38,815 bases of DNA from Malacoraja senta (Eukaryota): assembly GCA_038087875.1 (NCBI GenBank), contig JAXLNO010000673.1:1-38815 (forward strand), read 5' to 3'. Below are positions 10,865 through 23,064 of this stretch, one piece after another. Made by a program: the position numbers and the translations under genes. Every line of letters starts with the position of its first letter. Position 1 is the stretch's first letter. The notes under the pieces were generated by a model, which was not told where the DNA came from, did not search any database, and saw nothing but the letters and a program-made list of their open reading frames with translations.

Positions 10865-12354
10865 TTCCTACAACCATCAGATTCTTGAACTGACCTAATC
10901 AGACCTCCACAATGGAACACTACAGACCATAAATGTGCTACCATGGAGTTGTTTTTCAAATTGTGTTTTGCATTAATGCCTTGTTTTTTTGCAGTCGTTT
11001 GCTTTCTTTTAACTGTTGTGTAGAATTTTGTGTAGATTTTCTTTGATTTATGATTTTGTGTGTTGTCTGTCTGAGTGATGCAAGATATATCTCACCATTC
11101 TTGTGCATATGACAATAAACTCGACTCAATTCGACTTGATCATGGCTGATGTGATTGTAAGGCTAATTCCACATTGCTGCCTAGGCCCCTAACTTTTTAC
11201 CCCTTTATTGAAGTGCCGTTGTGACTTTGCTTCCACTGTGTGGAGCAGCTGATCAAGCTGGTGCCTCACAGTATTAGAGACCTGGGTTTGTTCTTGACCT
11301 TGGGTGCTGTCTGAGTGGAGTGTTTTCGCATAGGTTTCCTCTCACATCCAAAGGTGTGCAGGTGTGTAGAATAATTGGCCTCTGTGAATTCCAGAGTGGT
11401 GCAGCGGTGGACTTTAGAGATGCAGTGCGGAAACTGGCCTTTTGGCCCACCGGGTTCAGCACCAGAGACCTGGTTTGATCGTGCTACAGGTGCAGTCTGT
11501 AGGGAGTTTGTACATTCTCCCTGTGACCGCGTGAGTTTTCTCCGGGTGCTCCAGTTTCCTCCCACATTCTAAAGACGGGCAGGTTTGCAAGTTAATTGGC
11601 TTCCATACATTTTGCTAGTGTGTCGGATATGAACCTGGGATATGAAGCGGTGACCGATGATGGGCATGGAGTATTGCAAGCAGTTCTAGTTGGCCCAATA
11701 CAGAATGAGGAGGCTATGGAAAGGGTGCAGAAGGGCTTTACCAGAATGATATAATAAAAAGGAACTGCAGGTGCTTGTTTATGCCTAAGACAGACACAAG
11801 ATGCTGGAGTAACTCAGCATCATGATGCTGCCTGACCCACTGAGTTACTGCAGCATTTTGTGTTTAACAAAATGATGCCTGGCTTAGGGGGGTTTTAGCA
11901 ACAGGGAAAGGTTGAACAGTCTTGGATTTTTTTTCTCTGGAATGCCAGAGGTTGCAAGGTGAACTGATTGAAGTAAATAAAATGATGAGAAGCATAGATA
12001 AGGTTGACAGAACCTATTTCCCAGGTTGAGAAATACCAAATACTAGAGGGTATAGCTTTAAGGTGAGAGGGGCAAAGTTTAAAGGAGATGTGTGGAGCAA
12101 GTTTATACACATAGGTCATTGAATGTCTGCAACACACTTGTTCATCAAAGCCCTGAAGCCTAACCACCCCAGTTATGAATACAATTTCCATTGCAAAAAC
12201 ACTTCTAGCTGCCCCAATTATTTGCTGCGCCTGCATTTCAGCCTATTGCAAACCATGTACAAGGAGAATCAACAATAGACACAAAGTGCTGGGGTCGTCA
12301 GCGGCTCAGCCGGCATCTCCGGAGAAAAAGGATAAGTGATGTTTCAGATCGGAA

Positions 12355-12872
12355 ACATTCTAAACCAATATGTAGAGGAACCAACTAGAGGGCAGGCCAT
12401 CCTGGACTGGATATTGTGTCATGAGAAAGGATTAGTTAGCAATCTTGTTGTGCAAAGCCTCTTGGGCAACAGTGACCATAATATGGTAGAATTCTGCATT
12501 AAGATGGAGAGTAACACAGTTAATTCAGAGACAAGGTTCCTGAATTTAAGGAAAGGTAACTTTAATGGTATGAGACAGGAATTGGCTGGGATAGACTGGC
12601 AAATGATACTTAAAGGGTTGACGGTGGATATGCAATGGCAAAGATTTAATAGATGGGTGAATTACAACAATTGGTCATCCCTGTCTGGCGTAAAGATATA
12701 ACAGGGAAGGCGGCTCAACCGTGGCTAACGAGGGAAATTAGGGATAGTGCTAAATCCAAGGAAGAGGCATATAAATTGACCAGAGGAAGCAGCAAACTGG
12801 AGGACTGGGAGAAATTTAGAATTCAACAGAGGAGGACAAAGGGGTTGATTAAGAGTGGAAAAATAGAGCATG
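12355..12872 (+). mobile_element. CR1 ORF2 fragment (endonuclease C-terminus and linker)
   Basis: LNQYVEEPTRGQAILDWILC...LGNSDHNMVEF...PWLTREIRD. Confidence 0.85.
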
Positions 12873-12911
12873 AAATAGCAATGTTACAAAATCCAATGTG
12901 ATGGGCTGAAG

Positions 12912-13264
12912 CAGGGGTGGGGAACATGCGGCCTTTTTGGCCATTAAGTGCGGCCTTTTGAATGAATCCAAATTTTGTAGAACAAATCCTTTTATTTTTA
13001 TTAATATGTTTTTGTTCGTCTTCTTATTTTTTATTTTAATCTTAAAATGAACGTATTTAAAATACCAAAGAGTAAAAGAAGATTCAATGAAATAATCCTC
13101 CCCGACTGACGGCCACAATTAAAACATTAGTAAGTAATGAGGGCTATTTTAACAAAATAATGTACATTTTGAAGTATATCTGATTGAAGTATCTTGGATG
13201 CGGCCTTATTAGATTGCAGCTAACTTAATGCGGCATTCCAACATGAAAAGGTTCCCCACCCCTG
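12912..13264. mobile_element. Non-autonomous hAT (Charlie-like) MITE, 353 bp
   Basis: Perfect 14-bp TIRs CAGGGGTGGGGAAC / GTTCCCCACCCCTG; perfect 8-bp TSD GGCTGAAG (12904-12911, 13265-13272); subterminal TGCGGCC repeats; AT-rich core. Confidence 0.95.
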
Positions 13265-14886
13265 GGCTGAAGTCATGTGTAGACTAGAGTGGACATGGAA
13301 GGTAGATTCCTTCCCAGTCCAGCAAGGTAGATTATAATTCATAGAAATATAGGAGCAGGAATAGGACATTTGACCCTTCAAAACTGTTCCCACCATTCAA
13401 TATGATCATGGGGGGATCATTGACTTTCTCTGTTTCAATATCTGCCCCATATTCGCTGATCCTACTAACTCAGAGAAAATACAGAAATCCACGGTGAACA
13501 AATTTAATGATTTTGTTGCAACTGCATCCTGCTGTAGATAACTCGACAGACTCACTACGGTCTTGGGAGAAAAAAAACCTGCCTCATCTCAGTCTTAAAC
13601 GTATCACACCTTATCTTTATACTGGGTTCTGGATTTCAGAAATATCCTTCCTGTATCTAACCTTTCCAATCCTGATAGAATTAGAGTCATAGAGTGATAC
13701 AGTGTGGAAACAGGCTGTTTGGCCCAACTTGCCCAAACCAGCCAACATGTCCCAGCTACACTACTCCCACCTGCCTGCGTTTGGTCCATAACCCTCCAAA
13801 CCTGTCCTATCCATACATCTGTCTAACTGTTTCTTAAACGTTGGGATAGTCCCATCCTCAACTACCTTTTCCAGCAGCTTGTTCCATACACCCACCAACC
13901 TTTGTGTGAAAAAGTTACCCTCAGATTCATATTAAATCTTTTCCCCTTCACCTTAAACCTATGTCATCTGGTCCTCGATTCACCTACTCTGGGCAAGAGA
14001 CTCTGAATATACACTCTGTGCTTGTGTATGGTACATCTGTGAATTCTGCAGGTTTCTGCGAGTTCCACTCTCATTCTTGTAAACTATCAATAAATTAAGC
14101 CTTCATTCATCAGTCCTGCCTTCTCAGGGATCAGGAAATATTCACTGAATTCCATAGCAAGAACATCCTTCCTTAGACAAGGAGATAAAAAATGTATATA
14201 ATACTCAAAGGTGCAATCTTACCAAGACTCTGTACATAAGACCATAAGACACAGGAGCAGAATTAGGCCATTCAGCACATTGAGTCTGGTCTGCCAATCA
14301 ATCATAGGTGATCTATTTTTCCCTCTCAACCCCATTCTATTGATATCTCATTGTAACCAATAACGCTCAACCTAATCAATAACCGATCAATTTCTGCCTT
14401 AAAAATAACCAATGTCTTGGCCTCTATGGATGTTTGTGCCAATTTCCACAGATTCACCACCCTCTGGCTAAAACAATTCCTCTAACTCCATTTTGAAGGT
14501 ACATCCTTTTATCCCGAGGCTGAGCCCTCTGGTTCTAGATGCTCCCAATACTGGAAACGTCCTTGGAAACAGTTGAAGCAAGACCTCCCTGCTCCTATTC
14601 TTAAATCCTCTCGCCACAAGCACAAGAAAATAACAGTTGGAGTTGACCACTCGGCCCTCAATCCTACCCCATACATTCAATGTCATCATGGGTGATCTAT
14701 GCTGGCCTGAATACCTCTTTTGTGCAGAGGTGCAACAAGAGTGTCTCAAGGTCAAAAAAGCAACATTTTGATGCAAGCTCTTCCATCGACTGGCAGAAAT
14801 TAAGTAACAGAAATGTGTAATAATGAAGAAGAATGGTGAAGGTCCATTGCATGTTTCACAAGCGTGGGCTGCCTGCTGCTTCTTAC

Positions 14887-15120
14887 CTGAAGCATCTCCT
14901 GGGGCTCCCCGTAGCTCAGTTGCAGCTGCACATCCCGGATGATTCGCTCGAACATGCAGGCTTCCAGGCAGATCTTCGCCAGGTCCTCTTGCAAGGGCTG
15001 AACCGTCCTGCACACCTCTTCATCGATCTTCGCCTCCAGCTCCCGCTTCCTCGCGTCCAGGAATCGGTAGATGCTGGATAGATCGACCTCGACCCGCTCC
15101 TTCAGCAGTCGGCCCTTCTC
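14887..15120 (-). CDS. TRIM-A exon 3 (234 nt, coiled coil)
   Basis: TTCTACACAG| EKGRLLKERVEVDLSSIYRFLDARKRELEAKIDEE...GEPQEMLQ |GTAAGA. Helical composition with the TRIM-typical 'FL...E..L' pattern; phase 0-0. Confidence 0.9.
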
Positions 15121-15241
15121 CTGTGTAGAACCAGCAAGATCAGTGGGTTTAGGTTTATTATTGACACCATGTACAGTGAAAAGCTTTGTTTTGCTGCCAT
15201 CCACACAGATCAGATATACAATACCAGATATATCAGTTATA

Positions 15242-15329
15242 CAGTAAACCCTCGCTGTAACGGACCACAGGGGAAAGATGGTGTCCGTTATTATTCATTG
15301 TCCACTAATACCCAATGAGGGGTTTAATA
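15242..15329. mobile_element. Possible tiny TcMar/Tigger-like MITE remnant
   Basis: TA|CAGTAAACCCTCG left end, degenerate GAGGGGTTTAATAT right end, internal inverted TAACGGAC/GTCCGTTA. Confidence 0.45.
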
Positions 15330-16246
15330 TGAACAAGACTATTGGAAAACATCTGATAAACATCCACTCCACAATAAACAGTAAAGGACACACAATACAG
15401 AAGGATGGCACAGTGGCACCACAGTAGTTGCTACCTTACAGCGCCAGAGACCAGAGTTTGATCCTGGGGGCTTCCTGCAACAGTGTGGGTTTTCTCCGGG
15501 TGCTCGGGTTTTCTCCCGCTGGGTGGAGACGTGCAGGTTTGTGGTTTGGTTGGCTTCTGCGGGTTGTGGGGGTTCTGTGGATCTCTGGTGGAGCCGCTGC
15601 TCAAAGGCACGGATCCGATCCAGACCTGGAATGCTCCTTGAGGTCGTGTGGGTTTCCTCCAGGTGCTCCGCGCAATAGTTCTATACTACACACAGAATTG
15701 TCCTCAGTGTGTGGGGTGGAGCTGGTGTGCCAGAGTGTCAGAGTCAGGCCCCGGGTCCCTGGCCCTGTGGGGCCTGTCCTACACTGGGGACAATTCTATC
15801 CGACACACTGTCAATTGTCTCTGGTGTGTAGGATGGAACGAGTGTATGGGTGATCTCTGATAGAACCACTGTGGCAGTTCTATCCTACACACTGTCAATT
15901 GTCCCGCGTGTGTAGAATGGAAAGTGTATTCCATAGATTCACCTCCCTCTGACTAAACAAATTCCTCCTGCTCTTTCTAAAGGTGGAAACATCTTCTCCA
16001 CATCACTCTATCCAGGACTTTCGGGTCCAGAGATGAAAAAATCTGATGGGATGAGACAAAAGGATTGAAGAATTGTGAAACCAGAGGAAGGGATGTACGT
16101 GGAGGGAAATAAATTGGTCTGTTGAGGAGGGGGGGGGGAGGGCGTGGGATTGGGAGAGAAATGGTTGGGGGGGGAGAGGGGTAGGGCAGGAGAAACAATA
16201 TCCTTACCATCAAGCCCTGTGAATATGATGTACACTTCAACAAGAC

Positions 16247-16550
16247 CGGCATGGTGGAGCAGGGGTAGAACTACTGCCTCACAGCAACACAGACCCACGA
16301 GTTCAATCCTGACTATCGCTGCTGTCTGTACAGTTTGTGCATTCTCCCCATGACCTGTGTGTGTTCTCTGTGGGAGCTCTGGTTTCCTGCCACATTCCAG
16401 AGACGTACAAATTTGTAGGTTAATTGGCCAGTAAAATTGTAAATTGCCCCTAGTGTGTGTAGGACAGTGTCAGTATGCAGGGATCCCTCGTCGGCACGGA
16501 CTCGGTGGGCCGAAGGGCCTGTTTCCCCACTATATCTCTAAACTGAACTA
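16247..16550 (+). mobile_element. HE1-type SINE
   Basis: Colinear with 18338-18664. Confidence 0.8.
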
Positions 16551-16610
16551 CCTGCAAGTTCAACGGTGCATAGGTCACTTCAAAACTAAACCTGGTGCAA
16601 GAAATCGTAC

Positions 16611-16706
16611 CTTGATTTTATAAATCTTTGCTTCTTGTTGGCTCTGACTGTGACATGCTTGCTCCTTTTGGATCTGGAGAAAATCTGTGGATTTTTCCAA
16701 CCTGTC
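16611..16706 (-). CDS. TRIM-A exon 2 (96 nt, start of coiled coil)
   Basis: CCTTTTCACCAG| DRLEKSTDFLQIQKEQACHSQSQQEAKIYKIK |GTACGA. Open 96-nt phase 0-0 exon, the size typical of the TRIM exon after the RING/B-box exon. Confidence 0.88.
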
Positions 16707-18337
16707 CTGGTGAAAAGGTGTACAGTATTAGTGCAGGCACTGACAGATTACTGAGCAGAATAAGCATGTCAACAAAAGGCAACACAAACACAGAAAATGC
16801 CACAAAATACACGTCAGGCCAGAGCATTTCCATGGAAGTGGATTAGAGTCTTTACTGTCATAATCTTCAGCCACATAGGACAGTTTAAAACACATTGCTG
16901 CCTCACAGCCCCAGAGACCTGGGTTAGATCCTGACCTCTGCTGCCGTCTGTTTCACTTTAATTTATTGTTACATGCAGTGAAACGTTTTTGTTGCGCGCT
17001 AACCACTCGGCAGAAAGACAATACATGATTAATGCACTGTCCGTGTGGAGTTTTCACGTCCTCCCTGTGGCCATGTTGGTTTCTTCTGGGAGCTGCAGTT
17101 TCCTCCCACATTCCTAAAACAAGTGGGTTTGTACCCGTTTAATCAACCTCTGTAAGTTGCTCCTAGTGTGTGGGTGAGTGGCTGAGGAAGTGGGATACCA
17201 TAGATCTGGTGTGAACGGGTGATCGATTGCTGGCGTGGACTTAGAGAGCCGAAGAGTCTGTATCCATGCTGTATCTTTCAATGATTTAGTGATTCAACTT
17301 CACCAGGCAAACTGCAAACTCAGCACAACATGAAGTGCTGAAGTAACTCAGCGGGTCAGGCAGCATCAGTGGAGGGAACGTACAGGCGAGTTTCAGCTCT
17401 GGACCCTTCTTCAGGCTGAAAACTGTAAGCACAGGGTGTGTGCAGTGAGTGCTTCTCATTCTTTCTTCTGGATGTGACTCTCAGCCATCTTTGCTCCAGA
17501 TATGGAAGGGCAGGAGACAATAGCAGTAGCAGGAGCAGGCCACTCAGCCCCTCAAGTCCAGCCCCCCATTCAATGGGATCATGGCTGGCTATGCTGGCTT
17601 CAACTATTCTTATTTATCAACATTGTCGTTACCCCTCCAATATTTCTCAAGCTGAAAAAATTCACATTAATGTTTTCTGGACGGGGAGGGGCTTGAGTTA
17701 TAAGAAGCGATTGGGAAGGCGATTGACATTTTTATTTAAACAAAGTTTATAAAATTCTGAGGGACACAAACAGGGTAGATAGTCAGCATCTTCATCCTCA
17801 AATATGTTTTCCATCTCCAACTTAAATATGTCTGATGATCCAACCTCCACCACCCTCAGGCACAGAATTCCAGAGATTCACCACCCTCTGAGACAAGGAT
17901 GGCACAGTGGCAGTAAGATAACTGAATTCTCAATGATACTCCGAGTCCAATGGTAGCATTTACAACTTGTTATTTAGGCATGGTGGTTACATGGTATCAG
18001 AGTGAAGCATTCTAATAGGAAAAGTTTCTTGATGCAACTACCAGTTATACATTGCAGAAACAAGGAACTGCAGATGCTGGTTTACAAAAACAGTCACAAA
18101 GTGCTGGAGTAACTCAGAAGGTCACACAGCACCTCTGGCGAAGTGAAGTTTCGGACCTATATTCAGACTGGACACAAAGTGTTGGATTAACTCAGCGGGT
18201 CTGAAGAAGGATCCCGACCTGAAACACCTACAATGATTTAATAATACTTTATTGTCACATGTACCTAGGTATAGTGAAATTCTTTGTTGTTGCACACAAT
18301 CGTTGTTGTGGAGTAACATTGTTGTTTTCACCCAGAA

Positions 18338-18664
18338 GGTGGCGGCACGGTGGTACAGCGGTAGAGTTGCTGCCTTACAGCGCTGCAGCGCCGGAGACCC
18401 GGGTTCCATCCCGACTATGGGTGCTGTCTGCACGGACTTTGTACGTTCTCCCTGTGACCTGCGTGGGTTTTCTCCAAGATCTTCCGTTTCCTCCCACACT
18501 CTAAAGACGTACCGGTAGGAAGGTAAATTGGCTTGGTAAATGTGAAAATTGTCCCTAGTGTGTGTCGGAGAGTGTTGATATGCAGGGATCGCTGATCAAC
18601 GTGGACCCGATGGGCTGAAGGGCCTGTTTCCGCGCTGTATCTCTGAACTAAACTAAAAACTAAA
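18338..18664 (+). mobile_element. HE1-type tRNA-derived V-SINE (best-preserved copy)
   Basis: Pol III-like head GGCGGCACGGTGGTACAGCGG...GGTTCCATCCC, central GTGGGTTTTCTCC...TTTCCTCCCACACTC domain, LINE-like tail GGGCTGAAGGGCCTGTTTCC...(CTAAA)n. Confidence 0.88.
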
Positions 18665-19125
18665 TCCGGTAAAATCCTACAACACACTTCACCTTGGCAG
18701 TACACAAAGATGCACCACGTATCTGGCACTGACAAAGTTTCTATCTAGGTTCTCCAGAGATGATGCCTGACCTACTGAGTTACTCCAGCACTTTGTGAGA
18801 TTTTTTAAAAACCAGCTATACATTCTGGCGGTCCCCAGCTATTACTTCCCTTTTCTTCCTATTTGTACCCTGTCATTATTCGAGATTATGTTTATTTTAT
18901 GATTTGTTTAACTCCAACTAGCATGGAATATGCAGACTCTCTGCCACTCCCCCATAAATGGGATTCTCTCCCCTCTATTAGAGCAGCTTTCAGATTGTCT
19001 GACCAACCGAGTTGTATTGTTTACACCCGAGTTTACTTGCAGCCATATCTTGGCAACAAGCAATTTGTAGTTCACACTCCACCCACCCCCCCCCCCTTAG
19101 AGGTCACAGCCTCAGTATTAAAGGA

Positions 19126-20052
19126 GGTACACAAAAATGCTGGAGAAACTCAGCGGATGCAGCAGCATCTATGGAGCGAAGGAAATAAGCAACGTTTCGG
19201 GCCGAAACCCTTCTTCAGACTGGGGGTGGGGAGAAGAAAGGAAAAAAGGAAAAAGGCGGAGGAGCCTGAGGGCTGGGGGAGGGGAGGAGACAACCAGAGG
19301 GCTGATGAAGGGGAGGGGACAGCAAGGGCTAGCAGAATTGGGAGAATTCAATGTTCAAGCCCCCAGGATGTAGACTGCCCAATAGGCATATGAGGTGCCT
19401 TTCCTCCAATTTACGGTGTTGCTCGCTGTGGCCATGGAGGAGACCAAGGACAGAGAGGTCAGATATGGAATGGGAGGGGGAGTTGAAGTGCTGAGCCACC
19501 GGGAGGTCAAGTTGGTTATTGCGGACCGACCGGAGGTGTTCGGCGAAACGATCGCCAAGCCTCCGCTTGGTCTCACCGATGTAGATCAGCTGGCATCTAG
19601 AGCAGCGGATGCAATAGATGAGGTTGGAGGAGATGCAGGTGAACCTCTGTCGCACCTGGAACGACTGCTTGGGTCCTTGAATGGAGTCGAGGGGGGAGGT
19701 GAAGGGACAAGTGTTGCATCTCTTGCGGTTGCAAGGGAAAGTACCAGGGGAGGGGGTGGTATGGGAGGGAAGGGAAGAATTGACAAGGGAGTTACGGAGG
19801 GAGCGGTCTTTGCGAAAGGCAGACATGGGGGGAGATGGGAAGATGTGGCGAGTGGTGGGGTCACGTTGGAGGTGGCGAAACTGACAGAGGATCACTTGTT
19901 GTATGTGATGGCTGGTGGGGTGAAAGGTGAGGACTAGGGGGACTCTGCCCTTGTTGTGAGTGGGGGGATGGGGAGAGAGAGCAGTGTTGCGGGGTATGGC
20001 AGAGACCCTGGTGCGAGCCTCATCTATGGTGGAGGAGGGGAACCCCCGTTCT
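19126..20052 (-). mobile_element. 5'-truncated young PLE copy (GIY-YIG domain + pLTR) inserted in a CR1 fragment, 11-bp TSD
   Basis: ORF 19329-19895 is nearly identical to the C-terminus of ORF 32878-33807. TSD GTATTAAAGGA at 19115-19125 and 20053-20063; the flanks rejoin as CR1 sequence. Confidence 0.93.
19191..19218 (-). ncRNA. Minimal hammerhead ribozyme motif (sense to the TRIM-A intron)
   Basis: Reverse complement reads CTGAAGAAGGGTTTCGGCCCGAAACGTT. Confidence 0.68.
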
Positions 20053-21649
20053 GTATTAAAGGACGTTCATTTAGGAAGGAGATGAGGAGGAATTTCTTTA
20101 GACAGAGGGTGATGAATCTGTGGAATTCTTTGTCGCAGAAGGCTGTGGCGGCCAAGTCAATGGATATTTTTAAGGCAGAGATAGATATATTCTTGATTAG
20201 TACAAGTGTCAGGGGTTATGGGGAGAAGACAGGAGAATGGGGTTAGGAGGGACAGATAGATCAGCCATGATTGAATGGTGGAGTTGATTCAATGGGCTAA
20301 GTGGCCTAATTCTGCTCATATCACTTATGACATAATCACACCGATCTTCTCAGCCAAGTTCAGAACCAGGTCCACACACAGCCCCAAACTCAGGAATACT
20401 TTACTGGAAGGTCTTCTCCTTCTTTTCATTCCATCTTGTTACAAATGTTGGCCTCGCTGTCATCGTCCGCCCTGAAAATGATGCAAGCTTCCGGCGACAA
20501 TCAGTGGGAGCCATCACTTGTCGCAATAGATGATGGTGGTAGCAGAATTAGCGCAGGATACTTCCAGTTTCCAACCCCGCGACTGGAAGGTACATTCGTA
20601 TTACTGTAACACCGGGGGACAGGTCTGCCTTTGCATAACAAAGCAATGGATACAGGCATGTATAACACAGGGGGAACAATGCTGATGAGGGCGGGCGTGT
20701 CACTGTGCTGGAAAAAATGAGCAGGTCAGGCAGCATCTGTGGAAGAAAATGGACCATCGTCGTTCTGTTTGGGACCTGGCGAGATGGGGGGGGATGGAGG
20801 TGCCTGTTGCCAAGTGCATCGGCAAGCAGAGGATAGGATTGTTCAGTGACCTTTTGTAACATTGTCGGTGCCAGCAACGTGGTGTACTGCCTTGGTGAGG
20901 TCTGCTGTATGATTTTACCGGGTTGTATCCAAAACAAAACAATTCACTGTTCCCAGGTGCGTGTGACAATAAAGTATAATTTAATCTCATCATTCTTCAG
21001 ACAAATCACTAGATGTTATTGCGGGTTAGATTCCTGTGACCCAGGAAAACATTAACTTTGAAGATCAATTTTTAATCAGCAGTTTATCAAGTTATCTGCC
21101 AATATTATTTCCCACCACATTGTATCCCATCAGCCATGTTACACATGTGGGCAGCATTTTCTAGATGTTGGGGGTTGAGGGGGAGATCTGATAGAAGTAT
21201 ATACAATTATAAGAGTCATAAATAGGGCAGACAATCAAAACCTTTTCCAAAGGGTGGAAATGCCCAAGACGAGAGGGCAGAGCTTCAAGGTCAGAGGCAG
21301 AAATATTAAAGGAAATATGTGGGGTGAGTGTTTTTGTTTACACAGAGAGGTGGTGGATATCTGACAGGGGTAACGGTGGAGACTGATATGATAGTGGCTA
21401 AGTGGCATTAAGATAAGCACATGCAGGGTATGGAGGGATATGGATCAGGTTCAGGCAGAGGAGAATAGTTTAACTTGCCATACTGTTCCGCACAGACATT
21501 GTGGGCTGAAGGGCCGGTACCTGTACTATATGTTTTCAACATTCTTGCTCACAGTCAATATCCCTTTTGAAGTTTCCTTGTATCAAATCACAACCTCACC
21601 TCTTCCTTCCCCCAGCTTTTTCCATCGCTGCCCATTTATCTCCCTCCTA

Positions 21650-23030
21650 GGTAGGAAAAGGGATGAGGTCCTGCGGAGTGAATACAGGGAGTTAGGCAAA
21701 AGGCTAAAGTGCAGGACCTTCAGGGTAGTAATCTCTGGTCTGCTCCCAGTGCCACGTGCTAGTGAGGGCAAGAACAGGAAGATAGGACGTGAATGAGCAG
21801 CTGAGGAATTAGTGCAGGGGGCAGGGATTCTGATTTTTGGACCATTGGGATCTGTTCTGGGGCAGAGGTGACCTGTGGAAGAGGGATGGGTTGCAGCTGA
21901 ACTGGAGGGGAACCAATATCCTGGCACGTATGTTTACTAGTGCTACTCGTGTTGGTTTTTAACTAGATTGGCAGGGGGATGTGATCCAAAGCAGGAGTGA
22001 TGCAGGTCAGAGGCTGGAGGTTGAAGAAAGCAAGGTCTGTATGCAGGAGCAAAGCTGGGAGTGAGCAAGTACTGTTGGATTAATTAGCATCTATTTCAAT
22101 GCAAAAGGCGTGCTGGGTTAGGTGGATGAAAACAGGGCATGGATAGGTAGGTACGTGCGACTGGAATGTTATAGCCGTTACGGAAGCCTGGTTAAGGGAG
22201 GGACAGGACTGGCAGCTTAATGTTTCAGGGACAAACACACATTGCTGGAGTAACTCAGCAGGTCAGGCAGCATCTCTGGAGATGTGGATTAGATGACGTT
22301 TCTGTTCAAGACCCTTCTTCAGACCTGAATTATTTTATTCAATTGCGATTCCTTTTCTCCAGGGATGCTACCTGACCCCGAGTTATTCCAGCATTTTGTG
22401 TCTATCGTTGGTGTAAACCAACATCTCAGCAGGTCTGAAGAGGGCCTCGACCCAAAACGTCACCTATTCCTTTTCTCAAGAGATGCTGTCTGACCCGCTG
22501 AGTTACTCCAGCTTTTGTATCTCAATTCCTTCCAACACATTAACGTTTCAGGGTTCAGATGCTGAAGGCGAGATAGAGGTGTGGGTAAAAGTGAAGGGGC
22601 AGTTGCTTTACTGATTAAGGAGAACTTCATTGCAATTATTTGGGGTGAAGTTAATGATGATTCATCCAGTGAGGCTATATGGGTGGAGCTGAGAAATAAA
22701 AAGGGGAAGGTCACCTTGTTGAGAGTGTACTGTAGGCTGACAAAATAGCCAACATGAATAAGAGCTAATATGCCAGGCGGTTACAGGCAGTTGCGAGAAT
22801 AATAAGGATGTCAGAGTTGGGGATTTTAACCTTCCCAATATAGACGAGGAATGCCACAGCATCAAGGGCTTAGACGGGATGGAATTTGTCAAATGACTGA
22901 AGTGTCGGAGGGTGAGCCTTTTGGTATATTGACCACAATTAAATGAGCTTTATGTCTATGGATAAGAGCAGGGCTGGTCTTCAAGTTAAAGTTCTGAATT
23001 GGGGCAAGACCAACTTTGATGGTATTAAAG
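21650..23030 (+). mobile_element. Degenerate CR1 5' portion (ORF1 esterase-like C-terminus + ORF2 endonuclease), interrupted by pLTR fold-back repeats at ~22235-22545
   Basis: GRKRDEVLRSEYRELGKRLKCRTFRVVISGLLPVPRASE (CR1 ORF1 SGNH-like); downstream remnants of APE motifs (GGGGATTTTAACCTTCCCAATATAGAC = GDFNLPNID). Confidence 0.8.
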
Positions 23031-23064
23031 ATAGATACAAACTGCTGGAATAACAGAAAAATAT

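Noticed and set aside
12110..12230. Possible additional or terminal TRIM-A exon (TGCAG|AQQIIGAARSVFAME...)
   Set aside because: Non-repeat-looking and open in phase 0, but no polypyrimidine tract and no resemblance to TRIM linker or PRY-SPRY sequence; cannot be supported without RNA data.
18338..18420. tRNA gene
   Set aside because: This is the tRNA-derived head of a SINE, continuous with the SINE body and tail; no complete cloverleaf seen.
20405..20471. Possible small minus-strand exon (TTTTCAG| ... |GTAAAG)
   Set aside because: Phase-0 reading hits TGA at once, the donor is weak, and the canonical 96-nt exon exists at 16611-16706.
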